DNA of 64,000 bases from Rhodosorus marinus CCMP1338 (taxonomy: Eukaryota > Plantae > Rhodophyta), in NCBI GenBank assembly GCA_029953675.1, contig JAMWBK010000002.1, positions 1,116,001 through 1,180,000 of the forward strand. Direction: 5' to 3'. This document shows positions 26,777 through 38,787 of this stretch, piece after piece. The position numbers and the translations under genes are program-made. Within the stretch, counting starts at the first letter, position 1. Every line of letters starts with the position of its first letter. The notes below the pieces were generated by a model. That model searched no databases. It saw nothing but the letters and a program-made list of their open reading frames with translations, and was not told the DNA's origin.

Positions 26777-28260
26777 CCTCCACCTAGAACAAAAAAAATT
26801 ACAACAAACAAACAAACAGAGATCGACCCTAGTCGACACAAGCCAGACCCAAAACCCCTAAAAACCTTTTCAGCAACAAAGTCAAAATAATCGGCCTCGC
26901 TTTACTCCAAAAAGACTCCAGAAACGAGAAATGCGAAAAGAAGAAACTTTTGCTTTTATCCAAACAGACGATCATACAAGGAACCCCAAATGGCCTCACC
27001 CTCCTCATCCTCCCTTCCCTCCCCCCCCCCCGAGCTCTATTGCTCCCTCTTTCTACAATATTCACATGCCCTATCAACTCCATTTGCCATTGGAGATCCA
27101 TGCCAATTGCCTTCTTTCCAATACAAACCAACGAAATACTATAACTCCTTCTCAATTCCTCTATTTTTCATTTTTACCAATCAAACACAGAATCCTTATT
27201 ATTAGTTTCATTATTCAGTAATATTTGGTCAGATCGAGATAGAGGGGTGACAATCCATTCAATCCAAACTTTTGTTTAAAATTTAAATATAAGAATCCTT
27301 TTTTGCCATGTGAAGATCTACATACCCTTTGAAGAATATGGTAAATTAAATCATTTTTATTACTTTTTTAAATGATTTTTAAATTGAATAAAACATATTT
27401 TAGCAATATGCACCAAATTGATTTTTAATTCATATTTATGGAAATGTGTTTTTATAGAACTTTAGGCTTAGCTATAGGATTTTCATTATTGGTCGACTTG
27501 AGCAAACGGTCCCCAGATCGCTATATAATGATTGGTTAGGTCGTCCGTGGAAAAATTCTATTTGAGAGAATTATTAGATAGAAGGAGCATATGGTTCGCT
27601 TGCTTCAACAGTCAGAATGTCTGTGAGTGGTGAACTCATTGAGCGATAGATGGATAAGGACGAATCATGTATCTTGTGACAATATTAGTGTAAACTCGAT
27701 TAGCAGCCGGTCAACTTGGGGAGAAGCTCGTATTGAGGACGACTACCAAAGTTCGAATGTTCGAGCGAGGCACACGTTTCCAACAGGCGATAAATTAGGA
27801 TCCACAAACAAATTTGTTGAGTATCGCTACACAGTTGAAGTTTACTTCCTGGTCGTCTTCTGTGTCTACATGGGTCTGCGCTTAAGCTTGTCTGCTGAAG
27901 TACGTGAGCGATGCCGAGAAAATTCTCCACGCCAACAGAACAGATCAAGCCGTGAATAAATAAACACATGACGACAGCAAGCGATCCAGAAACCAGGTCA
28001 GTACATGAGACGCAAGAGCACAAGAAACAGATACCGATCTGTGTCAGCTATGTCAACTTCGATCGTCGGTCAAAAAAGAAGCAGATTCTCCATCTGAGCT
28101 CAAGTAGCATCTAACAGCCACAAGGTAATCGGTCCAAATCCCAGTTCTGCTTCAATAGGATCACTACAAGTAGAACACTCCGTGGGCTACTCCTCCAAAG
28201 GTTGGAGGTGACGGAGAAAGACTCTTGATCTCGATACAAGAAAATGCTTGCAGGGTCGGG

Positions 28261-28560
28261 CTAAGTACCGTCTTCATCCTCGACATCACCATCAAGTAGA
28301 GCATCAACTAGCCCTGAACTCCTTCCCTTTGAAACGGATAACGAAGACGCATCGCCAATCGCCGCTTGCGAGATACACTTCAGCTCCGGTAAGGACTCAG
28401 CAGAGAGCGTTGAAAAACGAGCCTTCGCAGAGCATGCAGATGTAGAGCTACTAGCACTCATCAAATACCTCGACCCTCGCAGGGTAGAGTCCCGAAGCCT
28501 AGATCTCCTCATCGCAGAAACTCCTAAACGTGACATCCTCAAAAATGCCCTACTACTCAT
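28261..28560 (-). CDS. Small presequence-like protein with acidic tail, family copy B (99 aa, single exon)
   Basis: MSSRAFLRMSRLGVSAMRRSRLR...ASSLSVSKGRSSGLVDALLDGDVEDEDGT*. Confidence 0.75.
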   Translation of the reverse strand: MSSRAFLRMSRLGVSAMRRSRLRDSTLRGSRYLMSASSSTSACSAKARFSTLSAESLPELKCISQAAIGDASSLSVSKGRSSGLVDALLDGDVEDEDGT

Positions 28561-29574
28561 CTTGGCCGCCGAAAACGAAAAATAAAACTTGCTCGCAGCA
28601 CCACCGATCGCCCCCAATCTCTAAAAAACTTTGACCCCCGAGCGCACTTTCGGCCTTTCTACAAACCCCGAGACCCAACCAACCCAGAAAAAAAAAACAC
28701 TTCGGCTTACTCAAATCCAGATCGCGACGCATGTGATTGTCCTCCTTTATCAAACCCTTCCTAAATGATTCGAAGTATTCTAAGCAAAGTCCAATATCCT
28801 AAAAAACAGTTATCCACCTATTTGTATCACGTACGCATTTCACAAAGCGACCTCACTCTCCGCACCCCGCTCTTTTTCTTCCTCCGCTACGGCCAAATGC
28901 ACAGACTCCGCAGAGACGATCAACATCGCCTCAAGCTCTCAACGAAAACTTCAAACAGACACTTGTCAAACAAACACTGGCATATACGTCAAATTAAGAC
29001 ACGTGGCAATGCTTGTTTGAATTATTGTTATGACAGTCTGTCCCGATCGTCGAATGAACTTCCGGCGGAGTCTAATTTATCTAAAAAAAGAGGGGTTAGT
29101 TGTGGCGTTAGCTTTCGAAAGCGGGGGTGGGTGATCTTCTGTCTCGATCAACGAGGCCGAGAGCGCTATAGCCATCTACACGCAAGATCAAGAGCAATGG
29201 TACCGGCCTAGCTAGACAATTTTCTACGTTCCCCGGTCCCCTAAAAAGGAATCTGTCCGTGTCGGAGGAGGGGAGCTCCTGTGCGTCTCGTGTATCGGGC
29301 TAGTTGACTTGTGCTTACTCAGCGGGGAGCCAATACGTACATCTACGTACATCAAGGGCTGCTCCGTTATTTCTGAGGTCTCAAGTTGCAAACAGCTCTC
29401 ACAGTCCCTTCATATGATCTTCTCCTCCTGGTATGCGCAAGGACATGAATGTGTTTGTATTCGAAGCTCATGGTTCGCTCCAACCCCCCTTGCCCTCATC
29501 CCCCCCCAGGTACTAGCAAAGTTGTCTAATCAACTACATAGAACATATCAAATCACTTTTGTTCGGAAGCTCAC

Positions 29575-29961
29575 CTTCGTCCTCCCCCTCGGCAAGCATC
29601 GCAACTTCAGCAAGACCGTGACTAGTGGTAGTAGAAGAGCACCTTAGAACCGTGGAAGGCCGCACTACTTGTAGTCCTGCCCCTGCTAGATCCGCAACTT
29701 GATTAACTTTAACTGCGTTCACGGCCGATGCCCTTGGACCGGCCAACAACGAACTGAAAAAGGCGCCAAACAAAAAACAAAACCGCGTCTGAGTACGCCA
29801 TGCCTCTTCAGACCATTAGAGGCCGTCCAGAGACCAAGCAGCTATGAAAACTGATGCTCTCACCTCGCAGCAACCCCCCTCGACAATCGTCGCGTAGGAG
29901 CGCTCCCTCGAACAATCGAGCTTGTTGCCCTCGACAAAGACCTCATCGTTGCAGCTCTCAT
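29575..29961 (-). CDS. Small presequence-like protein with acidic tail, family copy C (exons 29864-29961, 29575-29753; last exon unknown)
   Basis: MRAATMRSLSRATSSIVRGSAPTRRLSRGVAA-S|SLLAGPR...CSSTTTSHGLAEVAMLAEGEDE-G|gtgagc. Donor gtgaga, acceptor tttttcag; phases 2 then 1. Confidence 0.72.
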
Positions 29962-31144
29962 CCTGAGTTTTCGTTGTGTTTCAATTTTTCTTCCGGCTTA
30001 AGTCGAACACCTTCAAAACAGATTTATCTCCTGATGGCCTGCCCTCTTGTCGCTGATTGTGTACCAAGATCGCCGATCATGTAAGTTCTCTCCGGTGGCA
30101 ATTCCCGCTTAGATGAGGATCAGAATTTGCTTTTAGCCCTGATTTCGGGAGTGACTACCCAGTCATTCCCAAGCCTGCCGGGTTGTGCATCTTGTTGAAC
30201 TCGTTGAGGGGAGCCTTTTGTTGTCTTCTGTGTGACAGAGTTGCCTGCTCTCGTGTTCACTCCGGATGGTGACGAAAGACGAGAACGCTAACCCCAGACC
30301 TTTCTTGGATCCGAACAAATCCATTCGGTGAGCAAGGGATCAGGGCTGATTGAGAAGTACATTCACGAGTAGCTTCCTGAAGGGAGATAAAGGCATCCGA
30401 GTTTTCAAACGAGGATTCTGCGGAGAAATCCATCACTATCACAGTTTGTAAACCCCGGTAGTGAGGATGTTGTTATTAGCGAAGCAGCTGAAGCTCCGAT
30501 CAGTTGGAAGCTGTGATCTGTGGGCTTGACGAGATCAATTTCTCTGTGGAAAGGTATCAGAAACAAAAGAAAAGTAGACGTGTCCCTGTCGCGCTTGTGT
30601 CATATCCTCAGACCGAGACATCGCAGAATGGGAAAGGGTCGCAGCATAGGAAATACGAGCATGGCCAAAGAAGCACAGTGGACTGAGACGTAATCTCTCG
30701 TTTCTCTCACCGCCCGAGCCTCCAGGACGAAATTTATTGAGGTCTTCTCGATCGTGGCGCAGGGACATTGTAAACCGGTCGACAAACGACAGGTGTTCGA
30801 CAGATCCTTCAAGAAGCTGAAAGAAAACAGTTGTTTCAAATTCATGCAGTCCATACACGGCAGGAGTAACCATATTCAGTCACCATTATATTAAATATTG
30901 AAACAAAATGCGACATATTGAATAATGACTGATACGACAGGAATTACCCAGTTGTGTAACTCATGCCTTTCTCTACATGCAAATTATTCGGAAATAGGTA
31001 GCATATCAAACCAGAAACGTGAAAGAAAATAGATTAAGAACTGGCTGGAAAGTAGTTCATTGGATTAAGTTGTCATTTTTTTTTTCAAAGAGAAATATTA
31101 GATTTGATGTGGAGAACGTAAATGCTTTGTAAATGGTGCTGGTT

Positions 31145-31613
31145 ATGAGGCTGGAAGCTTTTCAGTATCACGCGCGTTTTAAGAAGTTCGGAATTCAGAC
31201 TGCGATTCTCCGGAGGAACAGATGGAATATTGCGTGTGGGTTGGAATGGTATAAAAGGAATAGAGCGACGTGCAGAGTGCGGAAATTGACAGAAAAGGTA
31301 AGAGACGCGTATTTGGAGTATGGGGTAAGAGGAAGGTTTTGGAATTTGGCAGTATATTTGGTATATGAGCGGAGAAGAGAAGAACGAAAGTGAAGATATG
31401 CAACGTGACGAGGTATTCACTGGGCCTGTGGCGCCTTCGGATTTTGTGCACCCTGAGAGATTTCCCGGAGTAAAGAAGGGAAATCTGCGAAGGACATGGT
31501 CATTTCTGAACTTGAACATTCTGTGGTCTCGAGCTACGAAAGACTGCACAGAAGGACGGACAGGGTCAAAGCTTGAGCGTCTAAGACGACCACAATCGCG
31601 CATCTCGTTTTAG
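31145..31613 (+). CDS. Putative two-exon small protein of unknown function
   Basis: ORF 31145-31297 ends at donor gtaaga and can join in phase 0 to the 31352-31613 frame (YIWYMSGEEK...SF*). Confidence 0.4.
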
Positions 31614-32006
31614 TTAACGACAGAGAACCGGCTGAGTTTGATCGTTCACCCTGAGAGCGGAACTATTCAAACCGCGCTCGCGAGTTTTGCAACTAATATC
31701 AACTTTGTGAAGTGAAGTCCAGTTGTTCGAATGGACTTTCATTTCCACACCATTCTTAAATAAACTGATTTTTTTGCTGATTAATGGAAGCGTTCTACAA
31801 CGATCTTAGAAGCGGACTGAGATCGCCCAACTTCAGAAGATTGGAGATCCGCGTTGATTCACATCACCCACCAAACGCTTTGAAAATAGTCTTGTAGCCG
31901 ACTGCATTCTCAAGCGACGGCTGCATAGTTCCTACTAACAACAGATCTGCCAAATTCATCTGCATCACAGTGCATCGTAGTTATCCCGCGATGCACTGTG
32001 ATCTGC

Positions 32007-32803
32007 TCAACGAAAGGAGGACCCATTACGCACTTTAACAAAAACCCCCAAAGCTTCCACACAAAGTTGATCAGCGGAGTCAAGGATGGTTCCATTCATG
32101 ACGATTTTCCTCTCCGTTTCCTCCTCTATCCAGCTTCGAATTTGAAAGGAGTCCTTTGTCTTCAGAGGTCGTCGGTAGTCAACTTCAAGCCTGACTGAGT
32201 TCATAATCAAAATCAATCGAGCGTTGTTAAGAGAACATATTTCAGAAGAACAAGTCTTTAGCCAGAGTCAGTTGAAGTACCTGTTGCACTCATCCCACGC
32301 AACGCCAACACAGTTCGGCCCATGTTCTGATCCAGAAGCGATGCGGAGAACCCGCCGTGGACATAACCAACTGGTCCTTCACAATTCTCGTCAACCATGA
32401 CTACCCTGTAAAGTGTCTCCGCGTGCTTATCGATGAAGTACCGATCCTGCTGGATGTGATTCGAGGCGAAGTTCCTCTTCTCTCGTTCGCCGTCGATCAA
32501 AGCCTCAAAATCATAAGGGGCTAAGGACTCACGATTTTCGAGTGACACAAGGATCTTCAAAAAATTCCTTTTCCCGTCCACGTCCATGTAGTGAACTTGA
32601 AACAGGCGAACAGACGCTCTTGTGTATCTATGGGCCGACAGAATCTAACTCCATTAGAGCAAGATCAAAACGTCCTCGGGATCACGGCTAAAATGCAACC
32701 CAAGGCCCTCCCAAGATTCGGTCAACCTATTCCACGTACACGTTTACGCACTGACGATCTACCCGATCGGCCTCCGCCAAGAACAAAACCTGAACATCTT
32801 CAT
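32007..32803 (-). CDS. Hotdog-fold acyl-CoA thioesterase (PaaI/THEM4-like, multi-exon)
   Basis: CEGPVGYVHGGFSASLLDQNMG motif followed by LEVDYRRPL and RKIVMNGTI. 5' exon tentative. Confidence 0.85.
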
Positions 32804-33351
32804 TACCAGGACACAACCTCGTTGCGCTCTTCCCGCCCACTTAGACAAGTGAGGAAGGCAAAGCTCTCAAAGTGATGCACGGGCAAAAACGGACGCGGCA
32901 AAGGGGCCATAGTAAGCAAGTTCAAAAATCAGATAGAGCTCAGGAGTATGCAGCCGATTGTTTATTCAGAGCCGAGCAACCCTGACAAGAGAGACGCTCT
33001 AGACGCACGTCCAACAATGAAGCAACCCCTAGCCACTGGTTAGCCAATGTGCAGCGGGTAGTGGACCTGGTAATCTCTGACCTGGCCTCTCACAAGAGCA
33101 CGTACGCAGACCTCTCCATGCCGTGGCCAAAGGCTACCGCCACCGCTTCCCGGCCGAAGGAGTACGGAATACTCTGGCGACCATCCACTGCATATACCAT
33201 GTAACGGAATATCAGAACGGATGATGAGAATCGTCACCGGCAGAGTGAGTGCTGGCCAATCCAACAGAAAGGCTCTCAGTCTTCTTGTACTAGTTCTTAT
33301 CATTCGCTCTGCTATTCCGTTGCCTTCCGGAATGGCCTTGACGCAAAGTCC

Positions 33352-33730
33352 TCAGAAGTAATATTCGTCGTAGTCCCTGTCCGAGTAGAAGTTCCAATCA
33401 TTCTTTTCAAGATCTTGGGTTTCTACCATCCTTCGAAGCCTTGCGTCAACTGTTGCCACTCGATGGGTGACTCCGACTTGAGGAGCACTCCCCGGAATTT
33501 GCCAGAACGTTAACGACGTCCGCAGCTGACGCTTTTTTTTGGCAGCTCTGAAATAATCTCTTGTAAAACATTGGACACAGATCGGTGGCCAATACAAAGT
33601 ATTCAAAAGTCGAAGTCATACGACTAGATAGGTGACTCTGCATTAGGCACATTCGCCGAATCTTCTGAGCGGTAAACGTCCTTGCCTGATGTATGTCACG
33701 AGGATTCAAGAGCCTACTCACCCAAGTAAC
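33352..33730 (-). CDS. Putative small protein ending ...DWNFYSDRDYDEYYF*
   Basis: Open frame 33352-33606; a short upstream exon (MLLG|gtgagt near 33722) could join in frame. No family recognised. Confidence 0.3.
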
Positions 33731-34214
33731 ATCAGCCTCCTTCTAGGCCAAAAAAAAAAGAAGAACTTTTTCTCTTATTGAGAAGAAGTTTTGCTGATCG
33801 TCTTTTTCGGAAAATAAAATGGTCATGGTGAGTATTCCATCGAGGCCGGAGTGATGAATGAATGGCATGGGAAGGACGAGGATATTGAAGTGTGGCTGGG
33901 GTTGGACAGGGATGGGACATTTGAGAAAGCAGGGTGAAGGGGAAGGGATGAGCAGTGTGGACGAGTTGGATGGAGCTTTGTGAAGAGTGCGGTGGGAGCA
34001 GGGGTCGGCTGGACGCCTGCGCACAATGCGGGGTTTGGCTGCACAGTCGTTGTGGGGTACGAGCGGAAGGAGAACGTTCACCGCTTCTTTGTCCAGAATG
34101 CGCTAGCGGGAACGATCGTAGTGAGTAATCTTTCAGTTGTTGTTTTTACTGTCCTTCTTACATCCGAATCTGACTGCGTGTGTTCTCTGCGTGGTGTTAG
34201 AACGCGAGGACGGA

Positions 34215-36444
34215 ATGGATGAAGGCCGAGTGCTGAGGTCCCGCGCAAGAGGCCCCACTGCCGTGACCAGTGGAACGAGAAAACGAGCTCGAACGGCCGG
34301 CTCTTCCAGCCTGCGGCAAAACGCAGAGGCACCTTCAGATTCTGATGGGGCTGATCCTGCCATTTCGATGACTGCTGCGCGTCCCAGCGAAAACGAGAAG
34401 CGTGATCCCATTCCCGAGAGACGGGGAAGACGGAGGAGTGCTGACTCTAACCAGGGGCCCAACAATCCTCCAAGTGCTCGACGTCAGAGATTTCGAGAGC
34501 TCGCCGAAGAGCGTGCTTCAAACTTCGCTGTCGGCAGAGGATTTGTAGATGACGCCGACAGAGAAAGAATTGAAGACGAGAACGACACTGCTACCGCTCC
34601 CCAGACAGGGCGCACCGGTGAGCAACCGGAAGTATGGCCAGGTCCTTACTCGACCGCGATTCATCTTTTGAACAAGAGGTCAGCTGCCATGGCCGCACGT
34701 GAGGCTAGGAGCATCTCCCGAAAATCAGAAATAGCCTGGACTCCCAAAGGTACCGACCCAGCAAGCAGAGTACTCTGCCTAAGCGGAGTGATCTACTACT
34801 CTCGCCAAAATAGCGGAGGGTGTTTTATCGAAACGTTTTACCCTTCTGCGACAATAGGCTCAGGCAGCACCTTCAAGTTCCGGGAGCCGACGTTGATGGA
34901 CCACTGTGTGAAGCGATGCGTGGACAAAGTTGAAGAGCTCCTGGAGGAAGGCCTTCTAGGTGAAATGTTCCCAGATGCGAAAGCCGAAGTTTCGAAGGAG
35001 CTCTGCCGCCAGCGAAAGTTCAATGGGGAGATTTTACCGCATTTTGCGGAGAAACACACTTCTGTTCTGACCCTTCCAGATTGTTCATACCTTACCGAAG
35101 AAGATCTTCTGAGCGCGTTTGGACAATGCCAAGGCCCGGGTCTCGATCAGGTGAACCTAGGGTTTTGCGGTCGTGGTATGATCCCAAAAAATCTTTTCTT
35201 TGAATGTACATGTACTGTCACTTTCTGGGATTGTATTTGGTACAGCGCTGATGTGGTACTAACTATTGAGAGGATGTTGTTTTCTTTGATACCTCCAGGT
35301 ATGAGCGATCAAGCCCTCGCTACGTTGTCTACGGACTCATCTAACATACGCGAGCTGACCTTGGAGGGTTGCTACCGACTGTCCGACAATGGAATTGAGG
35401 CGATGCTGAAAAATTTACACAAGCTTGAGACCTTAGACCTCTCAAGCTGCCCACGAATTTCCTCAAAAACTGTCGGGAACATCGTGCGGTACGCAGGTAA
35501 TACCATATCAGTTCTACGGCTGCGAACAGCAGCGCAGCTCTCTGGGGAAGACTTTCTGCCCATCGCAGAGCTAAAACATTTGGAGAGGTATGCCCAGCAC
35601 GAGATTGGCTTGCTCGTGAACTTAAGCTTGAGCAAAAACGACTGAGAGCTGGAGCTTGCCTTCCGTACAGCTTGTGTATTTCCGAAAACACGAGGGTTGA
35701 CGATAGGAGTCTTATCCACATTATCAGCAAAGCTGGCTCGAAGCTGCAATGTCTGAACTTGGCGGGTTGCACTGAGCTGTCGGATACAATGGTCTCGGCG
35801 GTAGCAGAGTGTTGCCCTCATCTTGAGGTAGGCCACAGGTCCTTGGGATACGACTTCGCACTGCTTAGCATGAACCCGCTCCAACAGAGATAGTAAGAAC
35901 CTGGCGCAAGAATGTTCACTGCTTACCCCTTTTGCCCGTAGGAAATCTGCCTGGACGAGACGCAGGTGACTGATGTCGGACTCCGGAAACTGACTTCCGA
36001 GTGTAGCAGTCTTGCCTTTGTAAGTCTCAGATCCTGTTCGAATATAACAGACGAGGGCTGTATTCACATGATCAAGAATTGCAAGATCAAGCGGCTTTCT
36101 TTGAACGGGTTGTATTGTGTCACGGATGCTACTGTTCTGGCCCTGAAAAGGTTGTTATACAAGCTGGCCTTTTGAGCACGCGCTGGTTCCTATGATCCCA
36201 TCATCTGAATTGTAGCAAACCCGAATTTCTTTGCAGGTATTGCGAGGGACTTGAGGAGCTTGATCTTTCCTGGTGCAGGGCCATTACTGACGAGGCCCTT
36301 GGCCAGTTTGTTGACGCGGTACAATCCCTGCGACTTCTTAAGTTAAGAGGATGTAGTCAAGTAACGGCCAAGTTCGTCGGCGGACATTCAAATCCTGACC
36401 TAGAGGTTAGCGGGCATCGTCTCGTTGAGGGAATAAATAGCTGA
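34215..36444 (+). CDS. RAD7: RNI-like LRR protein, DNA repair RAD7/rhp7-like (multi-exon)
   Basis: WPGPYSTAI..L, EPTLMDHC, LTLPDCSYL, NLGFCGRGM, then repeated LxxLxLxxCxxLxD units; ends ...EGINS* at 36444. Confidence 0.75.
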
Positions 36445-36969
36445 TTTCGAATTTTCTCGTAGCATTGTCGACGAGTAAGTTGATCCTGTATTACATACTA
36501 GATACGACGTCCTCGTGAGCTAGTTCCTTACGAGATGTGCGCAGGTATTCTTCTCCTTGTCGATCACTCCGTTGGAGGGTTTCCATATGTGGAGTGTTGT
36601 GGGCACGAACGATTAGCTGGTCAAAACGAAGCTTTGTCACGTCCCCAAGAGCAGTAAAGGGACCGAGCTCTTCGATACACCCAGTATCATTTTTCAAAGA
36701 AACAAATCCTCTTATTATCTTTTTCGTATCATGTGGCACCTAAAGGTGAGATTATTGACAGCTAGAAGTTAGCTATAAGTAACAGTGTAAAGTCCCCACC
36801 CTCAGCCGCTCACAGTATGTGCAGTTGTGCAGTGCGTTGAAACCCAAAACGAAACTTGGGGGGTGTGAGAAGTACAGACAATTTTCTCGGCCCACATACA
36901 ATACTGTTATGCTATTTCATTCTACTGCGGAAGAATTTTCGTCCCCGTTGACAGCCTAGGTCCCTAGCT

Positions 36970-38787
36970 CTACTGGAGTTTGATGACTGTTGGCTCTCGG
37001 TGGACTTCATCCTCAGAACCAAGCACTCGCTCCTTGAAGTCGCGCATAGCGTTCTCCCCTCCGCTCTGCAGTTGGTGGATTCGTTCCATATCCTCCTCAT
37101 AGTTGAAGGCACCGCACCATCTATGATAGCGGCTCTCCTCCGGCTTCGTGGTATAGCAGAGCGGGTTGACATCGTCTCCACCAAGTGATTCATATTCATA
37201 GTTGGAGCACGAGCACCCGGTGGCGGGGTCGTTAAGCATATCCTTCCAAGCACTACACTCCCCGAAGGCAGCGCACACGCTGCCGTAGTTGGCAACTACT
37301 TCGCACATATTGTTCGAGGTCGCTTTCGCCCTTTTCGGCTCCATCACTATGGGCCTAAGGCCAAGAAACTCAAATGCCTTGGTCATTTGCCCAACGGAGT
37401 CTTCCAAGTAGTCCTCGTACGCCATTTCCAAGTAGCAACCCGTTTCCTCCGTTAGGATGCTTACGGCTTTCCTGACGTATTGATCCACTCTATGGAAGCG
37501 GACCATGATACAGTGCAGGTCTCTGTTATCAATTACATCGAACGAACATCCCACACCAACCGCACATCGGTCATCCACGCCACTACTCGCCTCAATCCCT
37601 CCGACCGCTGTATTGTCACCAAGATAGTAGTAGGGGTACCTCCCCACCGACCACTTGAAGACGTTTTCCCGATAGTTCCAAATGACACGCAGGTTGAAAT
37701 CGTGCACAAGCTTCTTAAAAGCATCTGGGGCTTTTACCACGGTCACCGGGCTCATCTTAAAGCCTGGCAGTTTGTTCCCAGGATTGGTTTCCGAGGTGTT
37801 TGTTCGCTTGGAGAAATAGTCCCTAGCCCATGCAACTGCATCGGCGGGATTGAGCTCCTCAAAGTCGAAGCTGTTGAGAGGCTCAAAGTTGTTTAGGTCG
37901 TAGTGAACATCGGGATGTTGAGTGAGCTGAGACATCATTGCAGTACCTAAGTAATTGTAGACGGCGAAGCGAAAACGACCTTGTCAACATCGGATACCCA
38001 AAGCATCCAATGCTGAGCAATACTTACTTCCAGTGTGAGCGGACATCATAAACAAGTATCCTCCGGCCTTTGGCAGGGATGCTGCACACCCAGGAACAGT
38101 TTTCCTGTTCTCGCTACGATCTGGGACGGGCAGCGGTCGCGAGTGTGTCACTGGGGCAGTGAACCCAGGCATAGATGAGTTTGGCGTACTGCTCTGCTGA
38201 CTGGAGTCAGCGGTCGAGGAAATTTCGCTTGTTTCCGCTGAAATGGGTTCTTGTCCTTGCGTGATTCCAAGCGCAGGCTCCTCTACTACAGTGTTATTCG
38301 TGGTAGGCTCCTCTACTACAGTGTTATTCGTGGCAGGCTCCTCTGCTACGGTGTTATTCGTGGCAGCTTCCTCTGCTCTCGTGTTATTCGCGGCAGGCTC
38401 CTCTGCTATAGTGTCATTCGTAGCAGGCACCTCCTCCGCCGGACTGGGAATAGGGTCAATCGTATCCTCCTCGGGTTTTGCCCCAAGCTGTCCCGGGAGC
38501 TCCCAAGCGTCAATGTCGTCGGATGCCTCCGGTGTCACAACGTCAGGCTTATTCTCAAATGCCTTTTCATCTTCCAGCTTTTCCGAACCTAGCTCGCCCA
38601 CAGTGCCCTCCGTTCTCTCTGTAGATCCTGCTGTCAGCGAATCGTAGTTAGTGGGCGCAGTGTCCCAGCCTCGAACTGGTGATACGGATAGCATGGCAAA
38701 TAGCCCCAGGAAAATCACCACCACAAACATCATCCCCTTACTTCTCATTGCTGGTCGTTCCAAGAGCATGTCGGCTTTAGCGTCCAT
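36970..38787 (-). CDS. Type II membrane sulfotransferase with repeat-rich stem (2 exons)
   Basis: N-terminal TM segment, then SAHTGS|TAMMSQLTQHPDV (5'-PSB-like), GFKM and VIWNYRENVFKWSV (3'-PB-like). The intron splits the Ser codon in phase 1. Confidence 0.8.
38275..38436 (-). repeat. 30-bp coding repeat x5 (EEP(A/T)TNNTV(V/A)) in the sulfotransferase stem
   Basis: aggctcctct(a/g)cta..gtgttattcg(t/c)gg units. Confidence 0.95.

Noticed and set aside
27627-28250. ORFs 27627-27959 (+) and 27700-28023 (-) as separate genes
   Set aside because: No motifs or convincing splice structure; more simply the 3' region of mini-gene B.
34750-35298. Stop-free introns of length 3n (108 and 123 nt in RAD7; 93 nt in the KH gene) as a special splicing signal
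   Set aside because: With dozens of short introns in the window a few such cases are expected by chance; no enrichment can be shown.
36491-36739. 82-aa ORF containing LIVRAHN, reminiscent of PPP phosphatase LIVRAHQ
   Set aside because: No other phosphatase motifs are present. It lies where the RAD7 and sulfotransferase 3' ends converge and is probably UTR.
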